DNA of 63,850 nt, counting the filler, from Rhabdomonas costata (taxonomy: Eukaryota), in NCBI GenBank assembly GCA_019059605.1. It is 51 parts of 51 records of this genome, joined end to end, with 100 filler letters (N's around TTAATTAATTAA, not from the genome) between each part and the next. Parts side by side here need not be neighbours in the genome. Positions count along the whole stretch, not along the records: positions 51,416 to 52,568 come from JAHMHO010025983.1; positions 52,669 to 53,822 come from JAHMHO010025984.1; positions 53,923 to 55,076 come from JAHMHO010025985.1; positions 55,177 to 56,330 come from JAHMHO010025986.1; positions 56,431 to 57,583 come from JAHMHO010025987.1; positions 57,684 to 58,837 come from JAHMHO010025988.1; positions 58,938 to 60,090 come from JAHMHO010025989.1; positions 60,191 to 61,343 come from JAHMHO010025990.1; 43 more parts are not named here. The stretch is one strand, 5' to 3'. This document shows positions 52,395-63,850 of the stretch, piece after piece (position 1 is the first letter of the stretch; each line of letters starts with the position of its first letter). The position numbers and the translations under genes were made by a program. The notes beneath the pieces are model-generated. The model had not been told where the DNA came from. It searched no databases and was given only the letters and a program-made list of their open reading frames with translations.

Positions 52395-55206
52395 CTGCAA
52401 GAGCGCGCAGGTACACCTTTGTGCACTTGTCGAGGGTGACTTTTTTCTCGGTCAGGCAGGGAAGAGTTCATCGCAGCAGCACAATTCAAAACCAAACCGA
52501 TGATTTCTTCATCTCGTTCTCGACAAGTTAAGCTTTCGCAATTTTTGATTATTCGTCACCCACCACCCNNNNNNNNNNNNNNNNNNNNNNNNNNNNNNNN
52601 NNNNNNNNNNNNTTAATTAATTAANNNNNNNNNNNNNNNNNNNNNNNNNNNNNNNNNNNNNNNNNNNNGTGGTGGAGGATCGGCACAGGTTGCTCAACTT
52701 CACATACTGAGGTGTTATCGCGTTGTGGTGGAGCGAGCAGTGTCATCAGGCCACATGTTGGCCAAGTTGGTGTGATCCCATTCATCCAGAGACACCGAAC
52801 ACCTATCACATACAGGCAATTCCAGGCCCAAGATCACACGGCACGCGTAGCTTTGATTCTGAAAGCTCACCTGCTCAATTGCTTGAGTCTTTGCATCATT
52901 CGACTCCACTTATTGACTACGAGATGGTAATCTCGGCCAAGGTTGCATGAGTAATGACACGATACATGCTTCATGCTGCTGTCGTCAGACGTGGCTTTCA
53001 GGAGATAAACACCTGCTTCAACGTTCCACCTATCAATTGGGTTACCCACGTGATCAACATGCCCGACTCATTTGAGCGCAATAGTCCCAGATAGACTTTA
53101 TTCTGGTCAACAGAGTTGTGGCAAACGATTTGCTGAGGCGCATTCCATTACAGCCAACTCCGACCACACACCGCTGGAAGTCTCCACGTCACCATAGACG
53201 CTATCCCGAAGATCGACTGGCAGCACATCCGTTAACCTCAGCTGCCACAAGCTATGCTCTAAAGCACAACTTCGTGAGACGCCTAGATGTTGTCATCTCT
53301 AACATCACAAACAACACACTGGACTCACAAGAGGCAGTGTAAAGTCACTACTTCGAATCAAAAAAGCCTATACGTCATAGCAGAGACGTCGCGTAGCTTC
53401 TGCACATCAAACACATGACGCACGAGCTTCTGCAAGTCAATAAAAGTTGATGCAGATAGGCGGCGTTAAGGGTATCACTGTTCAGCAGGATAGCAACAAA
53501 GTCCAAATGTATGCGTCATCCAAAATAGATCATACTACGCGAGAGAGTGCAAGAGCGTCTCCAGCACGAAGTTGAGATGATATCAGCAGCTTCTACCAAA
53601 TACTCCGCGGCTGACGTAATTCTGTAAAGCCATGCATCCTTCAAACGGCATGTGTACTTCCGCACCATCTTCGCCGGCACGCGCCCACACACTGAACACA
53701 AAAACAGAAGCACAGAAGCACAAAAGGCCCGAATCTAAGAGAGGGAGGCTCCTAGGGGACAAACAAAGGAAACAGGCGGCCGGAGGCGCAGGGAAGGGCA
53801 GAAAATGGGGCGCTTTGCCCCCNNNNNNNNNNNNNNNNNNNNNNNNNNNNNNNNNNNNNNNNNNNNTTAATTAATTAANNNNNNNNNNNNNNNNNNNNNN
53901 NNNNNNNNNNNNNNNNNNNNNNTTTGTGGTTTGTTTTCTTTTTTGGTGCAGATTTTTGCTATACAGTGCTGTTCGAGCGACTGCGGGCCCCCACGCACTG
54001 AGTGAGTGCATGAGCAGCTTTCGAAGCACAAGGATTGTTTTTTGATTATGGTATCACCCTTTTTCTTTTGGACGTTGGCATGCGAGGTCGTCATGTGTCG
54101 CTGACGGTGCGTGGCGTACTGGAACTTGGGAATACATGGTTACCCGCGACCGCCAGTGGGACGCCGTGTTGTACATTACGGAGAGACGGAAGGACGGATA
54201 GCATGGTGCCTTGCGTTCGATCTTGTTGGCTTTTGGCCTTAGTCATAGTGGTGCAGCGGAAGGTTACCATTAGACCTGACTTTCTGCCCACTGCCACCAC
54301 CACAAGCATTAATCGCAATTACGCATGCTTTTTAATTGACCTTTAACCCTTGACCCATCTGAGTATGTTTTCGAATCAGGTGGAGAATCTGTCTATGCAA
54401 TTGCTCGCCCTTTACAGCCACATGGTGCTAATGCGGCTCTTAATCTACTTCTGGGGGCGTTTTGGTCCCGTTTTGATGATTTGGTTTGACTGCATCCGCT
54501 TTGTGGAAAATTCATTCACGTTCTGCCCCGTTCGTCCTGCGAAAACATGTACCTATCTGCCGCCCTAGTAGTGGCTATATGTTTTTGCGTCGAAATGCAC
54601 TGCTGGTGTTGCTTGTTCCTCCTATCGTGGACCACCCGTTCAATGGATACCCAGTTGTTCACTAAAAGAATTGGAAGAGTTGCTTTGGTGCGATCTTCCC
54701 GCCAATGGGGTAGTGGGGCCCCATTGCCGCAAGCCGGGTCGCACAATGCACGTTGGCACATGAGAAAGCCCGCAAAAACAATGAGTTCCTGCGGGTGTTG
54801 CTCATCCGCTCATTTCCACACACAGCCGGACGTGCGGATGCAAGGCAATCGTCGGAACTGCTTCTTGATTAACGTACGCAACGACCCCGTCGTTCCATAC
54901 CGTGCCCCACAACCGACGCCCCCTTATCGTCGACCGCGGCATGGCCCGCAGCGCAAAACATGGAGGCCTGCGGTGAATAGCGTTTTTTTTACTTGTCCGC
55001 CTTGCCCGTCGACCCCGGTGAAGACGCCCCCGTAGACGGCTGGCCCGTAATAATCCATCATCGCACCCCAAAACCCNNNNNNNNNNNNNNNNNNNNNNNN
55101 NNNNNNNNNNNNNNNNNNNNTTAATTAATTAANNNNNNNNNNNNNNNNNNNNNNNNNNNNNNNNNNNNNNNNNNNNTTTTTTGGTTTAAGATTAAGGTAA
55201 GTTTTT

Positions 55207-55420
55207 CCGCCACTCCCTCCCCCAGGAGTAACGATACTGCACCCCACACCCACCCTACCCCCTTCGAGACGAGGAGTGGCGACACTGCAGGCGCACGTGC
55301 ATTGCCACCTAACCTGAGGCAAGTTGCAGGGGGGGGGGCTCTGCCCTCGACCCCCGAACGTGCTTCGCCTTCTAACCCTGGAGGGGGGGGGGTGCAGTAT
55401 CGTTACTCCGAGGGAGGCGG
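55207..55420. mobile_element. MITE-like element with a 21-bp perfect inverted repeat
   Basis: ggagtaacgatactgcacccc (55225-55245) and ggggtgcagtatcgttactcc (55389-55409), with imperfect outward extension. Confidence 0.6.
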
Positions 55421-56781
55421 AGCAGTATCGTGACACGTACCGATTTTCCATCACATCCACACATCAACATAAGTGGAGAGTCGCGAATGGAAGATCACTC
55501 TGAACACCGATGGGTCGGCATTTTGCCATTTGCAGCCCTTGGCATTCAGACAATCAAGCATAGCAAACTACCATCCCGCTGCACTGAAACAAAAACGGAG
55601 CAAAGCTGTCACTAGCAAAGCTGCGCTGACGCGTATTTTTTCACTGCCGCAGCGAACTCCAAAGACGGGTCATAAGGCGCCGCTGCAAACAGAAACTAAA
55701 AGCCCCGGTGCCTCACTTCCAGCCGGTGGGGCAAATTCAAGGATAAAGAGAGGCAGCGAGGGTGTGTCTTGGTCAAGGCCAAGGGGTGGGATTGGCCCAC
55801 GCTTCCGTGGGGTGGCCACCCCAGGACGATTCCCTTGCGGCAACCTGTCAACACCAAAAATAGGCAGAGCAGACGGTGATACACAATAAAGAGGGCATTT
55901 TTTCCTGGCGTCTTATCACTTGAAATGCACAGACATTGGGTTGTTCTGCCAGTTGTGATCTCCCCCCGCCGGCACACCAGTAGGAGGGGGGAAGGGAAAA
56001 AATTCACATGGACCCCAAACAGCAGCACGGAGTAGAAACAAAAAAAAACGAAAAATCTCCAAAGAGTATCGCACACAACGCTCGACATCAAACACGAGCT
56101 GTACGACAAGAACATGACAAGGACCTCATAGGGTGATGCTAAGCAAGCCACTTCAAAACCCAAGCCACACACTGCAGACCTGGAACGTCCCTGGAGAGAA
56201 TTCAAAACCCTGCGGATAATCCTGCAGAAAGAGGGAGAGGCCCCGGCCTGGGTCCCCAGGCCCGAGCACCGCACCGAAAACGTCCGCATGTCCGTTTACG
56301 AGGAAGGCCCGCACACGTGACAACCCCCCCNNNNNNNNNNNNNNNNNNNNNNNNNNNNNNNNNNNNNNNNNNNNTTAATTAATTAANNNNNNNNNNNNNN
56401 NNNNNNNNNNNNNNNNNNNNNNNNNNNNNNGTTTTTGTGGAAACCAAGGATCTGGGTGCTTTCTGAGTTTTAACTCCTGCGTTCACTGCAAAGAAGCGAC
56501 ACAGCACATATGATAGAACATGGGACACCGGAGGAGATTGAACGCAGGAGTTAAAACTCAGAAAGCACCCAGATCCTTGGTTTCCGGAAAATCCACACTG
56601 AGGACGTTTCTCTGCAATTTCTCTCGCTTACCATTCAAGCACATGTTTCTTCCAAACCTTCCGACTCAGAGGGGAGGCAGGACGCACACCGTCTACAATT
56701 GCATGCATGCACTTCTTGCGAAGGGAGAGAGTTGTGGAAAATTACCAAAGCCTCTCCTGCTGCGGGGAGGGGGGTACACAC

Positions 56782-57542
56782 GGAGCTGGGGAACGCTGTC
56801 GGCCATGCGGTCCTCGATCTCGCGGACCCCTCTTTCGTCGTTGTACTGGTACGCAAACTCCAGGTACTTGTTCCACAGCTCTGGGGCCACCTTGTGCGCC
56901 GTAATGGCCTTCTCATACAGCAGCCTAAGGTCTGCGGGGAAGGCACCACATCGACTGAAATCTGCCATCCCCCCCCCTCCAGAAGACCATACCATTACGC
57001 GAACGCATTTTTAAGAAAGCAGTTCTTTCAGAAATGGTTTGTTGTTTTCAGGTTACCACACATGCAAGCGCACGCGAAGAAAAGCAGTATCTGAGAAACG
57101 AGAAATGAGAAACGTCACACAATGAGGCTTGGCAGCAGGGTGGGGCATTTCGCAGCCCGGAAATGGGAAGAAGGCACATGTGCACCACAGGTTGCGATTC
57201 TCACCAGTTACACCCACGCACCCAGGGGTGAAGGGAATGGGCTAGGGTCAGGTGAAGGTGAGGAGGCATGTGATTAGGTGCGCATGCGCGTGACTGCCGC
57301 TGGGGAGGTGGTGGAGCAACGTGGCGCGCACTGTTCTCATCGTTGAGGGCTTCCAGAAGCTCGCTGTACGTCAGCACAAACGGCAGCTTGTTCAGGTGTG
57401 TCTGGATCCCCAGCTCGAAGATGTTCCGCGCAATTGCCGGGGCCTTGTTCATCCTCCACTCCAGCTGCGCCATCGCCGTGAACAGCTGCCACCCCGCTCC
57501 GGTCTTCACCCGCATGAACAGCTTCCGGGCTTCATCCACGCC
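56782..57542 (-). CDS. CSTF3: Cleavage stimulation factor 77 kDa / Rna14 (HAT repeats; exons 57542-57332, 56931-56782)
   Basis: GVDEARKLF...AQLEW...IARNIFELG...LNDEN|NLRLLYEKAI...ELWNKYLEF. Confidence 0.9.
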
Positions 57543-57683
57543 CTGTTGCCGCAGACAGCAGGTATAGGAACTCTTCCACAAACNNNNNNNNNNNNNNNNN
57601 NNNNNNNNNNNNNNNNNNNNNNNNNNNTTAATTAATTAANNNNNNNNNNNNNNNNNNNNNNNNNNNNNNNNNNNNNNNNNNNN

Positions 57684-58837
57684 TTTTTTGACAATGAGTG
57701 CAAAATATCTCAATAATAATAATCAAAATATTAATTGGTCAATAAATAAAGATCATTTAATTGGATTTGATATTGATGAAAATGTTAAGAATATGGCATT
57801 ACTTAATGTCTTTTTAGAAATCGGCGAATTATGTACAAATACATTAATCCGTCAAGATACATTGTATAATGATTTAAAATTACAAGATGGAACATTAGTT
57901 CAAGACATCGACATTATATTAGCGAATGAACCAATGGGAATAAAAAATATTAAATATGAATCATGCTGTAACAGAATAAAAGAATTACAAATAAAAGGAA
58001 CAAGAGCGGAACCTCTTTTTTTACAATTATTTATGAATATTTTAAAAGAGAATGGACGATGTAGTAATAGTACCGGATGGTGTATTATTTAATGAAAATA
58101 TTTTATACAAAAATACACGAAAATATTTAATTAATAATTTTAATGTAAAAAAGATCATATCATTAAATGATAATAATTTTTTTGTAAATACCGGAATAAA
58201 AACAAGTATAATTTTTTTTCTTAAAAAAGATAAAACACAAGAAATTGAATTTTGTGAAATATCCATGTTAAACAATAAGCTTATTGAAAAAAAAAAAAAT
58301 GTTGTGTATGAAGAACTTGTACTTCATGAATATTCATTGTTTATAAATAAATACAATACAACAAAAATACAAAAGATAGATGGTCTTAAATATGAAAAAA
58401 TAAGTAACATATGTAATTTCTTAATAAAAAGTAAACGATCAGCAACGTCATCATTTGTAAATGACAACGGCAAATATCCATTTTACACATCAAGTATGAT
58501 AATAAGACGATGTAATGAAGCAGATTATAAGGAAGAATGTCTTATAATTGGAGATGGAGGATGTGCAAATGTATATTCAGATACATATTTTAGTTGTTCG
58601 AATCACAATTACATATTAAATTCAAAATCAGATGAGATTCAATTCAATATATAAAATATTATTTAAAAATGAATATAGAGATACTGAAAGATGGATTTAA
58701 AGGCTCGACATTGAAAAATTTATCAAAAACATATATTCAGAATATTGAAGTACCAATACCAACAAAAAATATTCAAGATAGTATCATAGAACAATTGAAT
58801 ACAATAAGTGAAAATAATGATACATTAACAAAAAACA
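57684..58837 (+). pseudogene. Type I-like restriction-modification N6-methyltransferase fused to a specificity (TRD) domain, giant-virus-like; two frameshifts
   Basis: LIGFDID, DIILANEPMG (motif IV position), LFLQ..LKENGRC/VIVPDGVLF, F.NTGIKTSIIFF, GKYPFYTSS, IIGDGG, FKGSTLKNLSK..IEVPIP...Q; frame changes at ~58062 and ~58637. Confidence 0.85.
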
Positions 58838-59295
58838 NNNNNNNNNNNNNNNNNNNNNNNNNNNNNNNNNNNNNNNNNNNNTTAATTAATTAANNNNNNN
58901 NNNNNNNNNNNNNNNNNNNNNNNNNNNNNNNNNNNNNGTGGTGGTGGTGAGCAGGAATCGTATCATGGTGTGTGTGTTGGGCGCATTGCGCGCTGTTGAC
59001 TGGTTGGTGGTGACCACTGTGGACTGACTGGCACACGCGCTGTTGGCCACGGGTGCGTGTGTATGTGTGTCTCTTCCGTCTTTTCGCACAAACATACATA
59101 TACTAAAATATACATGTACAAACGCGAACAAGCAGCACAACTAACTCAAAGAAGAAAGACAGGTTTGGAGTAGATCCTAGAAATCCTATCCTTCTTTTCA
59201 TTTTGCCATAAGCGTCAAAGGTCCTCAATCTGGAACCGCCGCACAATAGAATGACAAGGCACACAGAGATAAAAAGGAGGGGAATTGTGGCATAC

Positions 59296-59954
59296 CGCGC
59301 CCCGAGAGCTCCTCGAGGACCCAGCAGCTGGCAATCTGCACCCCGCGGTCTGCGATGTGCGTGACCATCACCTTCACCAGCAGCTGCAGCACCTCCGCAG
59401 TGATGGCACCCACAGTCACATCTGTTGTTTGGCAGCAAAGCAGCAATGCACAAAGTCCAAGCTTGGGAGATTTCAAGAGCCGAATGGAAGGTCAGTGCTC
59501 ATTTCATCCACGGCAATCTCACCTGCATCACAGCATAAAGAAATGACATCAGCCTGTCGATCGAAGAAACGCAGAGTTGCACATATAAAAGCATAGAGAG
59601 AAGCACCCTGGACTTTTTTCGCAAGAGCTTCCCTTTACATTTCTCCTTTGATACAGTGACTGTGAGTAGGAGTAGGTCTCTAAGCGGTTGGGCAAGGAAG
59701 GGGTGGCCTCTGTGTCTCTGCGTCCCTAAGGCGTCTTCTGTTCTTCTTCTGTTCTTTGTTTCGTGTCGCGAGAGCAGCCACCTCAGAAAAAGGGAGTGGT
59801 GGTGGGAGTGCATGTGCGCTAGCACCGTTGCCCACAATGTTGCCCAGAAGCCTCACACAGCACCGCTGCAGGTCAGGCAGATCGATGTGAGCGCGCATCG
59901 CCTCCACAACCATCTCCAGGCCTCCATCCTCAATCAGCCGTGAGTGCGTCTTGT
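59296..59954 (-). CDS. Armadillo-repeat protein (exons 59954-59826, 59421-59296)
   Basis: GGLEMVVEAMRAH...LQRCCVRLLGNI and LLVKVMVTH..DRGVQIASCWVLEEL. Confidence 0.8.
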
Positions 59955-60190
59955 CTGAAACCCCCCAAGCAAACGAAACACTTAATTGCCCAACAAATAT
60001 GCAAAAAAATATCTTTCCTCGAAGAGCCCAACTGCAACTCTGCAATGAAATCCGACTTTCCCCACACACAAAACCACACACACCCACCACNNNNNNNNNN
60101 NNNNNNNNNNNNNNNNNNNNNNNNNNNNNNNNNNTTAATTAATTAANNNNNNNNNNNNNNNNNNNNNNNNNNNNNNNNNNNNNNNNNNNN

Positions 60191-61268
60191 GGTGTTGGGT
60201 GTATTGTTTACATTAAGTACATATACAATAAAATATAATGGATCAGCTGTTGAATATACAACAGATGGTACTACTTGGACTTTATTAACAGTTCCATCCG
60301 GAACAATGTCCGGATATATGACATATATGCCTGTAATTAAATGGACGAATGGAACATTGAGTTCTGCGATAAGTTCATTATCAGATTGTTCGATATCTAG
60401 TATTTCAAATGATCAATTGTTAGTATATACAACTGCTAGTTCCTTAAATAAATGGACACCTTATTCATTATCAGGAGCGACATTTGATGATACAAATAAA
60501 ACAATAACTGTCAGTGGAACGACATCTATATCTGGATTAACAACAGATGTATTAATTTCGTCACCATCAAATGGTCAAATATTGACATATAATTCAAGTT
60601 CAAGTAAATGGATAAATAACACATTAGCTGTATCATTATATTTATCTGGCTTACTTGATTGTACAATAAGTAATGTATCTGATGGTCAATTATTAAAATA
60701 TAGTTCATCAACATCAAAATGGATAAATTACACACCAACTACACTTTCTAATACAAATGAAGTCGGAACATTAACACAAATGTATGGAACATTTGGCGGA
60801 GGTGTCTATGGCTCTGGGATTACACAAAATTCATATTTTGTTATTCCTTCATATATAGATAATACAGGTAATTCGACTATGTTTACAAATTATGCAACAG
60901 CTCTTACTGTATTAAATGTTGGTCCTTTTACAGGTTCAGTATCTGGATCTTATATTAAAGATTCAATTTATTTAGAAAATGATAATAACAATTATGATGC
61001 ATCATATAGATTAAATATTGATTATACTACGACATATAAATTAATTTATTTAACAGCTACATATGGATTAGATGCGAAATCATATACAATATATTTTTAT
61101 GCATCAAATAGTTCTACATCATTTAATGATACAAGTACAACAACACGTACAACAGATACCAATTTAGTTTTATTAGGATCAAGTTCATTTACATTAAGTT
61201 CATATCAATATTATACATCAACAATAACATCATCAGATCAAACGACATTATATCGATATGTTCATGTA
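60191..61268 (+). CDS. Viral fibre/adhesin-like repeat protein, partial
   Basis: Three copies of L(S/L/T)D(C/V).IS..S.(G/D)Q.L.Y...SSKW.N in a Ser/Thr/Tyr-rich intronless AT-rich ORF; its apparent C-terminus is a fold-back artefact. Confidence 0.65.
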
Positions 61269-61596
61269 TTTGATCTGATGATGTTATTGTTGATGTATAA
61301 TATTGATATGAACTTAATGTAAATGAACTTGATCCCAAAAAACNNNNNNNNNNNNNNNNNNNNNNNNNNNNNNNNNNNNNNNNNNNNTTAATTAATTAAN
61401 NNNNNNNNNNNNNNNNNNNNNNNNNNNNNNNNNNNNNNNNNNNTGTGGTGTGTTTGGGGGGGGGTGGTATGACTACGCCTCGGGGGAGCTGGTGACCATG
61501 GCCAGTGGTGTGCATATACCTGTGTGTGCATGTTTGTGTGTTGCCTACTCTCCCACTCATTGCATGCTTGCATTGCGTGCATTCTCCTTGCTACAG

Positions 61597-62158
61597 GTGG
61601 GGTCGTGATCCAACTTCAGTTCAGCAGCGGGCGGGCTCTGCGCAAGGCCAAGTTGACCCGCAAGAACTTCACCCCGCGCTCGCTTGTTCTGGTGCGCACC
61701 GAGAGCTGCAGCCTGGGTTCGACATTCTACGTCATGCCCGCGAGGTTTAGCCGGCTGCAGTACATCTCCCGCTCTCTCCTGGAGAAGACCCAACAGGTGC
61801 CTATGAAGCTTGTTGGGTGCCACATATGAGTCAGGGGCGATCGAATGGCGAAACATTGTGTTTTGGGTCTGGGTAAAACCAGGTCGAACTCAGCTTCGCT
61901 TTGAATTTGGAAGAAAAGGGAACCTTGATGATGATGCAAAGCAGCTTGCAGAGGGCATTTTCTTGTGGGGGCAGGATGTGTGGGTGGGTGGGTAAATTTA
62001 TGATATGTGGCGGAATACAGGAACTGACTGAGTTTAGTTCGACGAAGAAGGGAGTGGAGATCAAGATCTACTCGGTCGCCACCCACCCCACGCAACCCTG
62101 CATGGTCTTCTGCTGCACCAACGCGGGGTGCTTCAGCTTCGTGGTTTCCCCTGAATGG
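61597..62158 (+). CDS. WD40 coat scaffold, TSET/TPLATE complex TTRAY (TWD40)-like (exons 61597-61796, 62021-62158)
   Basis: KKGVEIKIYSVATHPTQPCMVFCCTNAG resembles plant TWD40 KK..VY.MVAHPLQPHLVATGTN.G as I recall it. Confidence 0.55.
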
Positions 62159-63850
62159 GTGCCAGCCTGCTTTTCCTTTTCTCATTCTCTCTTTTTCTCT
62201 TGAATTCCTCATTTCTTATCTGTTCTTGTGTGTGTGTGGCCCGTGGAAAGCCCAATAAAGCGGTTGGGGTATTATGTGTGACCCAGAAATACTTTGTCCT
62301 CGCCAAACTGATAGCTTGCTTATGAGATTTTCTGTGAGGGTAGGTTGGGGCAGTAAATGTACAAACTGCCCCAGAACGAGATTTACCTAAATTTCAGCAA
62401 TCCGCGGCCGGAAAACAACCCGTTTTGGAACTGTACGCACCACAGTCATGCCAAAAAAGTTTTGAAAGATAGGTTCCTTTTTATAAAAAGGCTTTCACCC
62501 AAGAACTCACCCAAGAAAAAGCTGAACAATAACCAAGCTTCAGTAAGGTACCAAACCATAAGTCACGGTGCCGAACCTGCAGGTTGAAAACAAACCNNNN
62601 NNNNNNNNNNNNNNNNNNNNNNNNNNNNNNNNNNNNNNNNTTAATTAATTAANNNNNNNNNNNNNNNNNNNNNNNNNNNNNNNNNNNNNNNNNNNNGTGT
62701 TGGGTGTGTGGATGGGTACGGCGCACACCCTCCCACGAACACCGCGCCAAGGCACCTTATATGGCGCGGGACACCCAGGGGTATTTGAGCTGGGGTTCGC
62801 CCAGAGAGAAAGAGAGTCTGAACACGCCACTGGAGTGGAACTTTTGGAGAGGATGTGTGGGATGCAATGGGACAGGTTATGCCAGATGTAGGGTGAAGTG
62901 CAGTGAATTTTGGTCCATGTGTGGGGTGGAGTGTGCTGCGCGTTTTGACTGGGTATCACCTGCATGTTTCCGTGCCACCTTTTTCATTATATGCATATGC
63001 AAAACGGCGCAGCCTCCGGTAACCCATTTCCACTTTGCTTTCAGCAGCTGTGGCCTTGCCCGGCGGTGCTGGCGTCCCTGGGATTGACAAGTGGAGCACT
63101 GCCAGCACCATCGCTTCAGAGGAGGTATGCTTTGTTTCCTGTCTGGCCGGCTCTTCGGGGGGCAGGCGGTGGATGTACCTCTGGCGCGGTGTAGTGGTAC
63201 TCGGCGATTCGAGACTATCGATGAATGGTGGCTGGTGGTGCGAAGTCCCTCGTCACCCTCTCTCTCTGTCCCTGTCGCCTTTGTACGCACTCACATTTAA
63301 ATCGGTTATAGGCCGTTTCAAGGGCTGTACACACCACAAACATGCCCATTCCGCCTTGTGAAATCAGCGATTTGTCATAGGAGATGCTTGCGTCAATCTG
63401 TAATCCGCAACAGGAGACACGCTCCCCTCTCCTCCCTTTCAAAGATGAGGATCGTAGCCCCCGTAGCAGCTGGGATGCTCCGCTCCTGCCTCCCCAAAAG
63501 GGGGACGGATCTTCAGAGGTCTGAGCAGCATTGGAGCAGTGCACGTAGCCGGTGGAAATGGGTAGTTGCGCAGCAAAAGCCCGGAACCCGTGGGGGCAGG
63601 AGGGAGGTTACCGCATGCGGTGAGCCAGTACCCACGGCACCGTTCGCTCCGTAGGTGCCTCTCGTCAGCACCCCGTGGCCAACAGCGCGTGCTCCACAGC
63701 GGTCAACAACAATCAGTCAAGCAGCAGCCAGTCAGGTCCAGTCAGCGAGCTGTGCGCCCAACACACACACACACACACACACAGACCCTCGCACGCACGC
63801 ACGCACGCACTCGCTCACTCGCTCGCACACTCACTCACTCACCCACCACC

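Noticed and set aside
52669-53660. Possible degenerate reverse transcriptase on the minus strand (MPF.. near 53650, IY/LDD near 53520)
   Set aside because: It needs several frameshifts and I cannot verify other RT motifs by eye; requires tBLASTn.
56439-56585. 47-bp perfect inverted repeat
   Set aside because: Terminal fold-back artefact pattern.
61176-61335. 67-bp inverted repeat and hydrophobic C-terminus (LMMLLLMY) of the fibre ORF
   Set aside because: 61269-61335 is the reverse complement of 61176-61242, so the stop and tail are artefactual.
22577-61343. Treating Rpb2, the R-M gene and the fibre gene as a gene cluster or integrated island
   Set aside because: They lie on separate contigs whose order appears to reflect length sorting; adjacency carries no biological information.
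1155-62696. Regularly spaced TTAATTAATTAA as a CRISPR-like or biological repeat
   Set aside because: Always embedded in N runs; it is a concatenation linker.

Overview
This window is not one locus. It is 51 unlinked contigs of about 1.15 kb each, joined by an artificial 100-nt spacer (N44-TTAATTAATTAA-N44, stops in all six frames). Most contigs begin with G/T-only and end with C/A-only tails, and several carry terminal fold-back duplications, which points to a whole-genome-amplified (probably single-cell) library. Most contigs come from an intron-rich eukaryote, most likely a euglenozoan and probably a euglenid. The evidence is a kinetoplastid-like proteasome beta5, GT-N-Y-G splice donors, receptor-type cyclase fragments and a possible TSET subunit. 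I could reconstruct exons of PSMB5, SEC61A, CDC23, CSTF3, IWS1, SRP68, cactin, an RNF213-like ATPase, a Grx3-type thioredoxin and others. Mixed in are three very AT-rich intronless contigs of giant-virus type (Mimiviridae-like Rpb2, a frameshifted type I-like R-M methylase/specificity gene, a fibre-like repeat protein), one bacterial/phage TOPRIM primase contig and one plant-type copia fragment. The best candidate for a new system is a giant virus (active or endogenised) associated with a euglenid-like host. Physical linkage cannot be shown here. All protein assignments come from motif recognition by eye, not from database searches.
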